Assembly: GCA_950097015.1 (NCBI GenBank)
Contig: CATNEN010000038.1
Coordinates: 13,578,001-13,642,000, forward strand
Direction: 5' to 3'
From: Macrostomum hystrix
Taxonomy: Eukaryota > Animalia > Platyhelminthes
DNA: 64,000 bases
Shown here in pieces: positions 12,836 through 25,671 of this stretch. Every line of letters starts with the position of its first letter. Position 1 is the first letter of the stretch. The notes beneath the pieces were generated by a model that did not search any database, had not been told where the DNA came from, and worked only from the letters and a program-made list of their open reading frames with translations. Made by a program: the position numbers and the translations under genes.

Positions 12836-14866
12836 CGCCATGCAACGAAACACGAGATGATCCCGTTTTAAAATGAAAAAACAAATGAAAAAATAATTAA
12901 TACAAGGAAATTTGTTCAGCTGACGAAGCTCACCGCATTATCTGAAGCGGCCGCAATTGAATTCCGACCACGACGCTGTGACCTGGACATCATGATGGAC
13001 AGCTGCTGTTAGCTAGACTTGTTCGCACCTCAAAGAGTGCTTATTTTATGACGCTAATTATACAAACGGAGAGTCCTGTTAATTGTTCAGTTATTCAGCT
13101 AATCTGAGCGGTTAGATCAAACAAAAGTTCTTTAGCGTGACAATCGAAGCGCGCACATAAGAGCCAATTTCCTTGTTCACTTTCAAGGCCTTCTGATCCA
13201 GAATTGGCTGGGGGGGATATTAGTATGGTGTCCGGCAACTTCCCGCTGTACATCCCAGAACCGGTCTGGGGCATCCAGATTTACCAATGAAGCCAGTGGC
13301 CTCCAAAAAATAGACAGGAGGATCAGGATTAGGTGGGGAGGTGGGATGGGAAAAATCTGTGGGGAGTTGGCAATGTACGTTGAAAAAATGCTGCGTAAAA
13401 TTTGCTACTTTTAGGATCTTCCGTATTCAGAAACTAATTTGGTACATTCACAGCGGAGACAGCGGGATTTCTATTCTATTATTTAAGATTAGAATATTTT
13501 CAAAGGTACAACAGGTACTATACTTAATTAGCTGCAGTTTTGATTAAATCCTTGGTCGATTCTTAACATCAACTTACACTAGCTAATGGGACACGGACAG
13601 TCCTGGTGGGAATGGGGAAGAATCAGGGGCCGCAGAGTGGCGAAGGGGCAAAGCGAGCCAAAAGTTGGGCGCACTTGCTGTACAGGAATGCGGCTGTACC
13701 TTGCCTGAATGCCTAAACAATTCCGAATGTGAAACGCAGAGCGTCTGACATTTTGGCCCTGAACAGGCACGAACTCCCGTCCCCAACTGTACACCTTACG
13801 GTAGTAGGCAGTGCGTTCTGTCGCAATATGCTGTCTGTGTGCTGGAGCTGTGTTTAAGGAAATGTCGCATGGCTGTGGCTACTGCTGCTGCTAGTGTCTC
13901 TTGTTTTAAAAAAATGCGCGTTTTTCCTTTACTATCCCAGTCCCTAATTAATTAAGCTTTATGAACGACATAAATAGTCAGCTCAACGGAGTCGCCAGAT
14001 TATATATGAAATTTGAATATAGATTATAGATTATATATATACTCGAGTGACAGGATACTACTCACTATAATATAGTAGGATAATGTAAACATAGATTTTG
14101 CAACAACGAGATATCTATATCTTTAAAGATTCTAAATATATATTTTTTTAAACAAAACTAACGAGCACCAATTTAGAAAGTCGATTGGCTAACCAATGAG
14201 CAAACATTGAGCACTGAGCAGTGAATAAATAGGCTACTTAAAAAATTGCATCACAAAATTCCTGAAAAAAAATAAAGTGAAACAATTCTCCGGCAAATCA
14301 AAACCAGCCAATAGTAAAGCAATAGCCTCTATAGGCCAATTAGAATCGAGCAACAGCTTAATACGTCACTAAAAACAAGCAACCCCTTTCCGCCAATAGA
14401 CAGTAGAGAGACCACTGGGCTATTTTAAATACCCACACATGTTCCCCGAAATACTCAACCGATCGATATGAAAATCCAGAACACGGGCTAAAATATTCTG
14501 CTCTATCCGATCAAACAACGTCCAGAATCACAAAAACTTCGGGCATTGTCGAGACATTTAACTACCTCATATTCTCGACGGGGTGTCTGGTGGCAAAACC
14601 TGTAATATTTGGCATAATTTGATTATGTTACCATGTCGGCTATTGTTGTTGACAGTATTGTATTGATTATATAAAAAATTATACATTTGAACCAATTTCG
14701 ATTTTCAGTTTGTTCAATGCAAAGGGTGGAACATTTTGGTCCATATGGTGGACTTTCACGAAAATCGGTCATTCGGTATGGGAGCTATAGTGAAGTAGGC
14801 AGTGGGTGTTTAAAACTCTACCCGCGTGTCGTTCTACTGCTAAAATCGAGCTAGCGCCACTGAGTT

Positions 14867-17800
14867 TCACTGGAACCATCCCCGTTGGTTCCTTCGCACC
14901 CGTTCGGCCGCCGAATCTGGCAGAGGCAGCGAGTTCAGGCTCGTCCAGGCTATCAGGGTGTCGTGCAGAGTGGCTGGCAGCCAGTTGCGCAGGACCGCCT
15001 GCACTCGGTATTCGTCAATCCAGGCCCGGTTTGTGCCGCCAGTCAGGTATCGATCCTTGGGCGCGTCGCTGGCCAGGGCGTCCATAAAGTCGTCCAGAAT
15101 CGGCTCCAAACTCGGATGGGAGGTGGCGACTCCGCCTAGGACAGCGCGACACACAGCGTCCAGATAGTCGCGGCCGTAGGCCTCGCGCACGTGGTCCTCG
15201 GCCTCGGCCCACTGCTGCTCAAACTCGGCCAGAATGCGCTGCTCATCGCCCAGCATGCCGGTGGCGCCGCCGAAGTGGCTCGGCTCCATCAGCACCACCG
15301 GGACACCGAACCTGGCCAGCTCCAGGCGGAGGCAGTCGCTCAGGGCTTCGACTGCAAATTTGCTGGCTGTGTAGGGCCCGGTCAGGGGCCAGGAGCAGAG
15401 CCCGCGGATGCTGGAAACGTTGACGAGGCGGCCGGGTCGTTCGCGCAGTAGCGGCAGGAAGGCTTTGATGACGCGCAGGGAGCCGAAATAGTTCACGTCC
15501 ATGATTGTCTGGGCCTTTGGTTGAGCACATTTTCGCTTGAGTTGCTTTTGCTAAGCGAAATATCGCTCAATATTCAACCATCGAGTGACTCGATAATCTG
15601 CTTCTGATTCTTGAGGTACTCCTCCGATCCTTCAGTTAACTCTCCCCCCTGATCCTTCAGTTGCCTGTCCCGCTGTTCCTTCAGCTGCCATTTCCTCTAA
15701 TCTTTCAGCTGCCGCTCCCCTTGATTCTTCAGTTGTATCTCCCCCCGATTCTTCAGTTACCTCTCCCCCCTGATCCTTCAGCTGCCTCTCCCGCTGTTCT
15801 TTCAGCTGCCATTTCCTCTAATCTTTCAGCTGCCGCTCCCCTTGATCCTTCAGCTACCACTCCTCCCGATCCTTCAGGGGGATCCTTTAGATGAAAAAGG
15901 GCTGGATCTAAAGTACGTAGATAACCGCAGTGCAGATTACCTGCTTCAGTGTTGTAAGCTCGACATCCCCAGAAAACTGTACACCTGCATTGTTGACCAC
16001 CGCCCACAGGTAGGCGCCGCCATTGCAAAGGCGATCGTCTACTTGTTGAAAGGCCTCAGCCACCTGGGCGTCACTTGTGACGTCCATCTGAAGCGGTACA
16101 ATCGTGTCCGGATTTTCCCTGGACAGGTGGTGTCAGAATTATAGAACGGGGTAATTAGTGATGTGTTTTATTAATGTCATGGGTTTAGAACGTCGGACTC
16201 GCGACTTGAAGGTCGAGGGTTCGATTCTTGATTCCATTGGAAAAGGTTATATCCTCTAGCAAGACACTCAACTCTGCATTGCTTCAGTTCGCCCAGCTGT
16301 TAAATGGGTACCAGCATGAGCTGAGTAATTAACAGATGGGCGTCCCAGCAGTCTATGTACATAAAAGCAGTACGCAGCTTTCAGATGCGCCGCGCAATGG
16401 CTGCGGCTGTGCTGGCGGCTGCACATCTGGCTCAATTGGGGCAAGTGTAATCAGTTATTACGAGGGGTGTTGCAAAAGTTTCCGGACTAATGCTCGTCAT
16501 GGTGATAACTTAGTCTGATTCAGCAAAAAAAGAAACAGACGAACAGGCAACTGTATTTTATAATATTATAAAGTTTCAGAAAGTTTGGAGTTGATGGTCC
16601 AAATTAATAAGCGATTATACACTAGATTATTATAGTCATGAAATACGATTTCCGAGTTACAGCTACCAATCACTGTCACTGTCGCTTCTATCGCCGGATG
16701 CGTCCACAGGTTGATTGCTGGCTCGCTCCACGTATTCGACATTTACGGAGATGCATTTTCGGTAGCGCTGAATCAGCTTGTCGAAGCCAGACTCCCAGAA
16801 GCTGGCATCGAACTGACGTAGAGACTTGTTGGCTGCTTCGATGACCTCCTCGCGCATTGTGAAGATCCCGCCCAGAATTGGCATCTTCATTGGGCCAAAG
16901 AGGTGGAAATCGGCGACGGCGAGATCGGGACTGTAGGCTGGGTGGTTCAGCAGTCGTTGGAAGCTGGCTTTCTTAGACCCGAACTCCGATGGATTCTTCG
17001 GTCGACTCATTTTCGCTCACTTTTGGTTTGTGAAAAATCGTGTCAACAGCTTCATAGGGTTGCAACCTATTTTGGCCCTCATGTATGCTGTGGTTGACTA
17101 AGCTGCATAAAATTTTAGGAAGTCTTTTCTACAGCTGAATACCATAGACATCAATTTTCAGCCAAATCAAACACGAATTGTCACCAGGATTAGCATTGTA
17201 CCATGACTACGTGGCTATCGGGCGGGCTGATATTCGATTATTGCCATAGACGATGTCATTTTGGCCCGAAAAGTTGGGCCGATAATGGATTATTTTTGTG
17301 TATTTTAACGTATAGCCACATACTATAAGCCACATAGTCTATGGTACAATCACAGTATTACCCAGGCTTTGCGGGCGATAATGAGAAATCCCTCGGGCGC
17401 CTTCGGCGCCCTCTGGCTTTCCCATTATCGCCCTGAAAGCCTGGGTAATAATATACTATTAGTCCGGAAACTTTTGCAACACCCCTCGTATTTTTCTTTT
17501 CGTAATTCAAAAGCATCCTTTAAAAAGCATCAAAGAAAAAATAACATAATATACAGTATAGAATATATGCTTCGATAACGACCTCATGACCTATAGCACC
17601 CACCGCACTCCATATCGGGTCGTTATAGCGCACAGAGCACAGATAATCACTACACGAAGAAGATACTTTTAATATAGTCTTTATAGGCACATTTAGCATA
17701 AAAATGACTGAATATCTGTCGCTGCTCTTCCATGCCACCCTGCTTGACTAAAACGAAAGTCATTAAATTAAATTAATCAATTAAACGAGGCTCGACAGTG

Positions 17801-18756
17801 GGACTAACAAGCCATTTTGCCACCTGTTTTTATTGGCTCGTAGAATCCTGAAATTTTTCGCAGTGTCTGAATGCGAACAGCGTTGGGTGGTGACTGACTG
17901 GTTGACAGATTAGACGATGGTGTCCTGTGTGGTTGAGTTGCGCCTAAAATTAAGGCTTGATCAGTGAAATTGGAGAAATTCGCGTCAGGATGTCCATAGT
18001 GGCCTAGTTCCACCTGTTGCAGCCCTTGAAGGTCCAGCAGTCCGTCTAGATAAAGTTGGGTGGCCACCGAAGACGGAGATAATGCAAGCACATTCGGGTG
18101 ACATGCTGATGAATTCTGAATGCCTGACAAGGCCGCACTGAGGCGAAGTGCAAATTCGTTTATAGGATGTAGGAAATGCATAAAACATATTTTCTCTTAT
18201 GGGAAAAATCCGTCCTTCCGCCAGAACCATTGAATATCTTCAAGGGCTGAAGAGCTGGAGACATGATTCTTTCTTTAGAAGATGCACAACAAAAATTTGG
18301 CCCATGTTCTTGAGTTTTGTATGCTTGTGTTGCTCCGTTCGGGTGCAGCACAAAAATTCGTCAGGTAAGTAAAACTACCCAATTCCCCCTTGGTAGTTCT
18401 ACAGTTAAACTCCTTCCAAGAAATCTCCATCAAGCTTACTTAGCAAGTGCTGCAATGTCGCCAGAGTCGGCGCGCAGACAGCCGGCATAGACCACGGCTC
18501 CATGTCGGGCCAGCCGTTGGCACAGTGCCAGACCGATGCCCGAATCGCAGCCGGTCACCAGAATGTGCTTGCCACGCAGCGTGTCCGGATTGGCTCGTAT
18601 GCGCACGCAGGCGGCCAATCCGAACAGGCCTAGCATACAAGCAATGAATAGGGCCATCTTGCTGCCCAGCACCAGCCAATAGGCGTAGGGCACTGCCGAT
18701 ATAGCCAGTAGAGCTACGCCTAAAATTCTCGCGCTGATCAGAATCGCTGTCGCCAT
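14867..18756 (-). CDS. Short-chain dehydrogenase/reductase, SDR9C-like (BDH1/retinol dehydrogenase/17beta-HSD group), 380 aa; exons 18756-18440, 16118-15941, 15514-14867
   Basis: Hydrophobic N-terminus, TGCDSGIG cofactor motif, LQMDVT, VVNNAG, MDVNYFG, VNVSS and catalytic YTASK. Phases 2 and 0 are consistent. Confidence 0.92.
15620..15885. repeat. Degenerate pyrimidine-rich tandem repeat (gatccttcagctgcc...)
   Basis: Recurrent atccttcag motif inside SDR intron 2. Confidence 0.7.
16181..16430 (+). mobile_element. tRNA-derived SINE copy
   Basis: gacttgaaggtcgagggttcgatt (B box) plus the core aactctgcattgcttcagttcgcccagctgttaaatgggtaccagca, shared with 48847-49123. Confidence 0.8.
16461..17488 (-). 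mobile_element. Non-autonomous mariner element with transposase C-terminal remnant
   Basis: Perfect 31-bp TIRs cgaggggtgttgcaaaagtttccggactaat (16461-16491 and 17458-17488), TA TSDs, and HPAYSPDLAVADFHLFG (mariner YSPDLAP motif) in ORF 16663-17010. Confidence 0.95.
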
Positions 18757-18904
18757 TTGAGCGATGAAATCTGTGAGATTTGAGAAAACAAACATCAAAT
18801 GCCATGGCAAAGTGCATTGTCATTTTCACCTTTTCCGGAACACAAAATTACTTTTCGATTAAAAGATTTGCAGCAAAGAACTTTAAAGCTTCCTCAGAAA
18901 CCCA

Positions 18905-20702
18905 ATAGTTTTCCTCCAGAATCTTGACAGTTTCCTCTAGAACCTTGACAGTTTCCTCCAGAACCTTGATAGTTTCCTCCAGAACCTTGGCAGTTTCCTC
19001 CAGAACCTGACGGTTTCCTCTAGAACCTGAGAGTTTCCTCCAGAACCTGACGGTTTCCACCAGAAGCTGACAGTTTCCTCCAGCAGCTGACAGTTTTCTC
19101 CAGAATCTTGACGGTTTCCTCCAGAACCTGACAGTTTCCTCCAGAGCCTGACAGTTTCCTCCAGAACCTGACAGTTTCTTCTAGAACCTGACAGTTTCTT
19201 CTAGAACCTGACAGTTTCTTCTAGAACCTGACAGTTTCTTCTAGAACCTGACAGTTTCTTCTAGAACCTGACAGTTTCCTCCAGAACCTGACAGTTTCTT
19301 CTAGAACCTGACTGTTTCCTCCAGAACCTGACAGTTTCTTCTAGAACCTGATAGTTTCCTCAAGAACCTGACAGTTTCTTCTAGAACCTTACTGTTTCCT
19401 CCAGAACCTGACAGTTTCTTCTAGAACCTGATAGTTTCCTCCAGAACCTGACAGTTTCCTCCAGATCCTGACAGTTTCCTCCAGAGCCTGACAGTTTCCT
19501 CCAGAACCTGACAGTTTCCTCCAGAACCTGACAGTTTCCTCCAGAGCCTGACAGTTTCCTCCAGAACCTGACAGTTTCTTCTAGAACCTGATAGTTTCCT
19601 CCAGAACCTGACAGTTTCTTCTAGAACCTGATAGTTTCCTCCAGAACCTGACAGTTTCCTCCAGATCCTGACAGTTTCCTCCAGAGCCTGACAGTTTCCT
19701 CCAGAACCTGACAGTTTCTTCTAGAACCTGACTGTTTCCTCCAGAACCTGACAGTTTTCTTCCAGAGCGACAGTTTCATCTAGAACCTGACAGTTTCTTC
19801 TAGAACCTGACTGTTTCCTCCAGAACCTGACAGTTTCTTCTAGAACCTGACAGTTTCCTCCAGAACCTGACAGTTTCCTCCAGAGCCTGACAGTTTCCTC
19901 CAGAACCTGACAGTTTCTTCTAGAACCTGATAGTTTCCTCCAGAACCTGACAGTTTCCTCCAGAGCGACAGTTTCATCCAGAACCTGACAGTTTCTTCTA
20001 GAACCTGACAGTTTCTTCTAGAACCTGACTGTTTCCTTCAGAACCTGACAGTTTCTTCTAGAACCTGACAGTTTCCTCCAGAGCGACAGTTTCCTCCAGA
20101 ACCTGACAGTTTCTTCTAGAACCTGACTGTTTCCTCCAGAACCTGACAGTTTCCTCCAGAACACGACAGAACCTTCTTCCAGAACAGAACAGAACAGTTT
20201 CTTCCAGAGCCTGACAGTTTAACCTGACAGTTTCCTCCAGAACCTGACGGTTTCCTCCAGAACATGACAGTTTCTTCCAGAGCTTGACAGTTTAACCAGA
20301 CAGTTTCCTCCAGAACCTGACTTTTTCTAGATTCTGACAGCTTCCTCTAAAACCTGACGGTTTTCTCCAGAACCTGACTTTTTCTAGATTCTGACAGCTT
20401 CCTCTAAAACCTGACGGTTTTCTCCAGAACCTGACAGTTTCCCAAGAACCTTACAGCTTTTCAAGAACCCAGAGCTTCCATATAGAAGATTACAGCTTCC
20501 GAGAAAACGATATGCTATCCTATCCTACAAGCCTATCTGCTACAGCAACACTTGAAGTGATAGTTTCCTCCAGAACCTGACAGTTTCCTCCAGATCCTGA
20601 CAGTTTCCTCCAGAGCCTGACAGTTTCCTCCAGAACCTGACAGTTTCTTCTAGAACCTGACTGTTTCCTCCAGAACCTGACAGTTTTCTTCCAGAACCTG
20701 AC
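18905..20702. repeat. 20-bp minisatellite (cagtttcctccagaacctga); main block about 18905-20470 plus 20560-20702
   Basis: Visible tandem array starting about 150 bp upstream of the SDR ATG. Confidence 0.97.
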
Positions 20703-21887
20703 AAGAACTACAAGTGTACATATTCTAGACTTCAAAAAATCGCAAAATGATTTTTCAGTATTCGAAACTCACCACTCTAATTAAAAGGTTGTTTGCAAGC
20801 AAATTCGCCACTAGCAGAAAACAACTTGATATAATTAAAAGGCTTTCTTGTAGGCAAGTTTACATGCAAGAGAAGTTGGTCTCTTCCTGTGCTGCTGTCA
20901 CAGCCTGGCACGCTAAGGCTGAATCACTCGCTTAAAAAAGAATCAGCACAGAAACTGGAAGTCCACATGGAGTAAATTAATCTATAGACAACAGCAGGCT
21001 TATCAGCAAGTCGTTAATATGTGGTCTTGTGTTGACCAGAGCGCTTAGAATAAGCACCGCATGGTCCCATTTAATGCCTAGTGGAATAAATTGCTTGGCG
21101 TTGCTGTACAGGGGGCAACAGGAGACTCGGGGTGAGATGAAGAAAACACGGAGAATGAGGAACTGAGAAAGAGAATGGTGAGAATAGGGAATCAGATAAT
21201 AGGGAGGAATGGTACATTGGGAAGAAGGGGAAAATGTTACAGATGAGGGAATGAGTAGACAAAGAAGGAGAATAATATTGGGAGAGGGAAAGTAGGGAAA
21301 GAGAACAGCGGCCTGTGCAAAGGTGTGAACACATGTAAGCCAAGGCATTGCATTAAGTAGATTAAAACACAAATAAACGCTTAGTCCTAGAGAATTAATT
21401 TTCTAATGTGTACAGAAAGTTGATTAATTTACCAAATTACTTGTGCAACTAGAAAGTACGGTATATTTTTTAACAAACAGAGCTATAATTGCCCAAAAAC
21501 TTGCGTTAGAGACCGCTTCCATGAATTGCGCCAAAAAAATAAGAAAATTTCCAGAACGAAATCTTCGGAACAGAAAAAAAACGTGTTAGTTACTCAAAGT
21601 AATTTAGTATGAGCATGAATATGAGACGCACACCGCATTATAAACTGTGAGTAGAAATAACTACAATTAGAACTGATTGACATAGTCTAAGTTGAAATAA
21701 TACGATTAGTATTTATTGAAGAACATTGGCTACATCTAAAGCTTGCAAAACAGTGCAAAGACATCTAAATCAAACACTTGTATATACGAACGAAACATAA
21801 TCCACAAGAAAAGGCGAAAGCAAATTATCGAATTTTCAAAAAAAGTAATCCCTTTTTTTCGAAAAAAAACTTTTAAAATAAAAACTG

Positions 21888-23170
21888 TTTAACAGCAACT
21901 CAACCCTATTGATAATTGGCAGCCCAAACCCTACTTTAACAGCAGCCAAACGGTCTAAGTCTATTGATAATTGGCAGCCCCAAACCCTAGTTTAACAGCA
22001 GCCAAACGGTCTAAGTCTATTGATAATTGGCAGCCCCAAACCCTACTTTAACAGCAGCCAAACGGTCTAAGTCTATTGATAATTGGCAGCCCCAAACCCT
22101 AGTTTAACAGCAGCCAAACGATCTAAGTCTATTGATAATTGGCAGCCCCAAACCCTAGTTTAACAGCAGCCAAACGATCTAAGTCTATTGATAATTGGCA
22201 GCCCCAAACCCTAGTTTAACAGCAGCCAAACGGTCTAAGTCTATTGATAATTGGCAGCCCCAAACCCTAGTTTAACAGCAGCCAAACGGTCTAAGTCTAT
22301 TGATAATTGGCAGCCCCAAACCCTAGTTTAACAGCAGCCAAACGGTCCAAGTCTATTGATAATTGGCAGCCCAAACCCTAGTTTAACAGCAGCCAAACGG
22401 TCTAAGTCTATTGATAATTGGCAGCCCCAAACCCTAGTTTAACAGCAGCCAAACGGTCTAAGTCTATTGATAATTGGCAGCCCCAAACCCTAGTTTAACA
22501 GCAGCCAAACGGTCTAAGTCTATTGATAATTGGCAGCCCCAAACCCTAGTTTAACAGCAGCCAAACGGTCCAAGTCTATTGATAATTGGCAGCCCAAACC
22601 CTAGTTTAACAGCAGCCAAACGGTCTAAGTCTATTGATAATTGGCAGCCCCAAACCCTAGTTTAACAGCAGCCAAACGATCTAAGTCTATTGATAATTGG
22701 CAGCCCCAAACCCTAGTTTAACAGCAGCCAAACGGTCCAAGTCTATTGATAATTGGCAGCCCAAACCCTAGTTTAACAGCAGCCAAACGGTCTAAGTCTA
22801 TTGATAATTGGCAGCCCCAAACCCAAGTTTTATAGCAGCCAAACGGTCTAAGTCTATTGATAATTGGCAGCCCCAAACCCAAGTTTTATAGCAGCCAAAC
22901 GGTCTAAGTCTATTGATAATTGGCAGCCCAAACCCTAGTTTAACAGCAGCCAAACGGTCTAAGTCTATTGATAATTGGCAGCCCCAAACCCAAGTTTTAT
23001 AGCAGCCAAACGGTCCAAGTCTATTGATGATTGGCAGCCCAAACCCTAGTTTAACAGCAGCCAAACGGTCCAAGTCTATTGCTAATTGGCAGCCCAAACC
23101 CTAGTTTAACAGCAGTCAAACGGTCCAAGTCTATTGATAATTGGCAGCCTGAACCGTAGTTTTAACTGTT
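21888..23170. repeat. 56-bp minisatellite, about 23 copies
   Basis: Unit ctattgataattggcagccccaaaccctagtttaacagcagccaaacggtctaagt; period 21961 to 22017. Confidence 0.97.
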
Positions 23171-23370
23171 AAAAACATTCTAAAAAGTTGTATTAATAAA
23201 GTCAAAAAATATCGACAAGTAAACAGTATGCTAGTTTTAACAGTACAAGTTGAAAGTTAGGCTTAAGACGCCTAATAAAAAATAGCCTCTAAAATCTACA
23301 AAAATCTAAGCCTATTTATAGTGCTTATCGTGTTCTTAAGTTCTAAAGGATCAAAGATGACGTTGTCAAT

Positions 23371-23733
23371 TCAAACAACCTTCTTGACCGCTTGCAGGCT
23401 TCGGCGATAATTGATAATCCTTGACAGCTGGTACAAGCCGGTGGCGGCAACGAAGATGTTGACACTAAACAGATTCCAATTCTTCGGTATGATGACCATC
23501 GAATAGCGGGACCAGATGAGGCCGGTGGCAGACAACGCGGTGGACTGGGCCAGGCTAAGCTTCTCAGCTGGCCGGCTCAGGTCGGCAATGCCGGCAATCA
23601 CCAAGGCCCACTTGAATGTTGGCGCCCAGAAGAAGATGGTCTTGGGCCCGGCAGCGTGATTCCACAGTGGCTGCAGTTTGGAAGGCACGAATCGATCCGC
23701 GATGCGAATAGCGGCTCGATAAACTGCGGACAT
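23371..23733 (-). CDS. MPC2: Mitochondrial pyruvate carrier 2 (BRP44), intronless CDS, 120 aa
   Basis: LWNHAAGPKTIFFWAPTFKWALVIAG...RPAEKLS...ATGLIWSRYSMVIIPKNWNLFSVN matches the MPC2 signature; good Kozak context ccaccATG. Confidence 0.96.
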   Translation of the reverse strand: MSAVYRAAIRIADRFVPSKLQPLWNHAAGPKTIFFWAPTFKWALVIAGIADLSRPAEKLSLAQSTALSATGLIWSRYSMVIIPKNWNLFSVNIFVAATGLYQLSRIINYRRSLQAVKKVV

Positions 23734-24572
23734 GGTGGACTTCTAGGCCGGAGATTTAGCTGCAGATGCAACAAGTTAAACAGAATCTCTCTTTCATTTT
23801 TTCGTTTTAGTTATTATCAAAAGATTTGCTACGTACTCTACACAAAACTCTTTTCGAGTTCGAGTTCTTTTCGAGAATGTTTGTCTATAAATTTTTTTAT
23901 GTATCAGTTACAGTTAAGTGCCTGCACATTGTGGATTAAATTTTGCCTGTTCACCTGCACACTTGACAGGTCATCCAAATGCTTTTGTTAGACTTGCTCC
24001 AAAAGGGAAGTTACCCAATTTAATCTATATATATATAAAAGTGAAAACTCTGTCTGTCTGTCTGTCTGTGTGCAACCTTTTGTCTTTATAGACGCCGAAA
24101 CCGCTCAACCAAATCGCACCAAACTTTGCACATACCTAAAACCACCTACGCTGAGTGCAATAGGCTACTCAAATTCCCGAAAAATCATTTCCTTCCTGCT
24201 CAAAAGTGCAAAAAACTGCTCAAAAATCGTCAAAAAATCACTCAATTCGACATATCGTCGCCCCACTTTGTCAGATTTTCTCCAAATTTGATCCACTTAC
24301 ACTTTACATGTTTTCCAACAATGCTGTCAATTTTGAACATCTCTACTCAATCCAGAGCAAAGCTGCATCATCTCAAAGTGAGTCACTTTTTGTTTTTCGA
24401 GGACAGCCACCCCAACTCCCCTCCGCCACTCTGCGGGCCAAATTTTATTACAGCCACCCCCTCCCTTCCCCGGGCGCCGAAGCCCCAGACTGTACATTGT
24501 ATTTCAAGCCGTGAATGTACACAGCCCAAACCCCTAGACTGTCTACTGGCCCCCAAGCAGCACTGAGACTGA

Positions 24573-25256
24573 GTGCGGTGGCGTCCCAGTGCGCAGGGCT
24601 CTCCGGTCGATATTTCTCTCCAGCCAGCCTGGAAGAGAGAGGCTGGCGTTGACTGGCTGTCAGAGAGGGCAATTCTGTGTCCTAGAAATGATGCCGCCAA
24701 CTACCAACTGCTTCAGGAGTTGCCAGGTGCAGTTTTCACCTACAAGTCAATTGATACAACGTTGACTGATGACACCGCTGTGGAGTATCCTGTTGAGTTT
24801 CTGAACTCTCTAGATCCTCCTGGAACTCCATCGCACAACTTGCAGCTGAAAGTTGGGGCACCAATTATGCTCCTCCGCAACCTGAATGCGCCAAGGCTGT
24901 GTAACGGCACCAGACTGATAGTCAGGCGGCTCTTCCCACACGTGATTGAGGCCACGATAAAGACTGGATCTGGCAGAGGAGAGTCTGTGTTCGTTCCCCG
25001 GATTCCAATTATCCCCACGGACCTGCCATTTCAGTTCAAGCGACTGCAGTTCCCTGTGAGAGTGTGCTTTGCGATGACTATTAACAAGGCTCAGGGACAG
25101 TCGCTGAAGGTGGCTGGCATCAACCTGGAGACTCCTTGCTTCTCGCATGGGCAGCTTTATGTCGCCTGCTCCCGTGTTGGAACTCCAGCTGGCCTATTCA
25201 TTTTCGCACCAAGGGGAAGAACGAAGAATGTGGTGTATCCCCAGGCCTTGAGGTGA
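24573..25256 (+). pseudogene. Helitron RepHel PIF1-like helicase C-terminal fragment
   Basis: RAILCPRN...LKVGAPIMLLRNL...LCNGTRL...RLQFPVRVCFAMTINKAQGQSL...FSHGQLYVACSRV. The Rep domain and Walker A are absent. Confidence 0.9.
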
Positions 25257-25408
25257 CTCGCAAGCAATTAATAGAAAAGTAGTCACGAATTGACCTTGAC
25301 CTGTCTAACTCTGAACTCTGAAACAGTTTAATTTTGTTTCTTTGACATTGTTATTGTTATGCCATGGCTATTTTCCTTATGTATACGCGTGTACATGCAT
25401 ACTGTATA

Positions 25409-25660
25409 CAGAGGCAGATTTAGGGGGGGGCGGGGGGGCAGTCGCCCCCCTAAATTTTAATCATGGGAATAAGATGCCCCCACCAGGGGCGCCAGTCGCA
25501 GCACTGGCGCCCCTTTTCGGCCGCTGGCGCCCCTTTTTCAGCCGCTGGCGCCCTTTCTTGGCTCCTGGCGCCCTTTTTCGGCCGCTGGCACCCCCTCTGT
25601 GATTCTCATGGCGCTCCCCTGTCAGACCGCCCCAAAACAAAATTCCTGGATCTGCCACTG
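25409..25660. mobile_element. hAT-type MITE nested in the Helitron
   Basis: Imperfect TIR cagaggcagatttagg / cagtggcagatccagg; 8-bp TSD actgtata at 25401-25408 and 25661-25668; internal ggcgcccctttt repeats. Confidence 0.85.
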
Positions 25661-25671
25661 ACTGTATAGAG

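Noticed and set aside
12303-12860. 185-aa ORF of 7-aa repeats
   Set aside because: It is a translation of the 21-bp minisatellite, with no domain or splice support.
18905-20702. Possible ribozyme-bearing satellite (GAAACTGTC on the minus strand)
   Set aside because: No CUGANGA box or stem II in the 20-bp unit.
21888-23170. CRISPR-like or telomere-like array (contains aaaccct)
   Set aside because: Head-to-tail monomers with no unique spacers, eukaryotic context, and no tandem telomeric hexamers.
24573-25256. Host PIF1 helicase gene
   Set aside because: It is a C-terminal fragment only, enclosed by Helitron termini.
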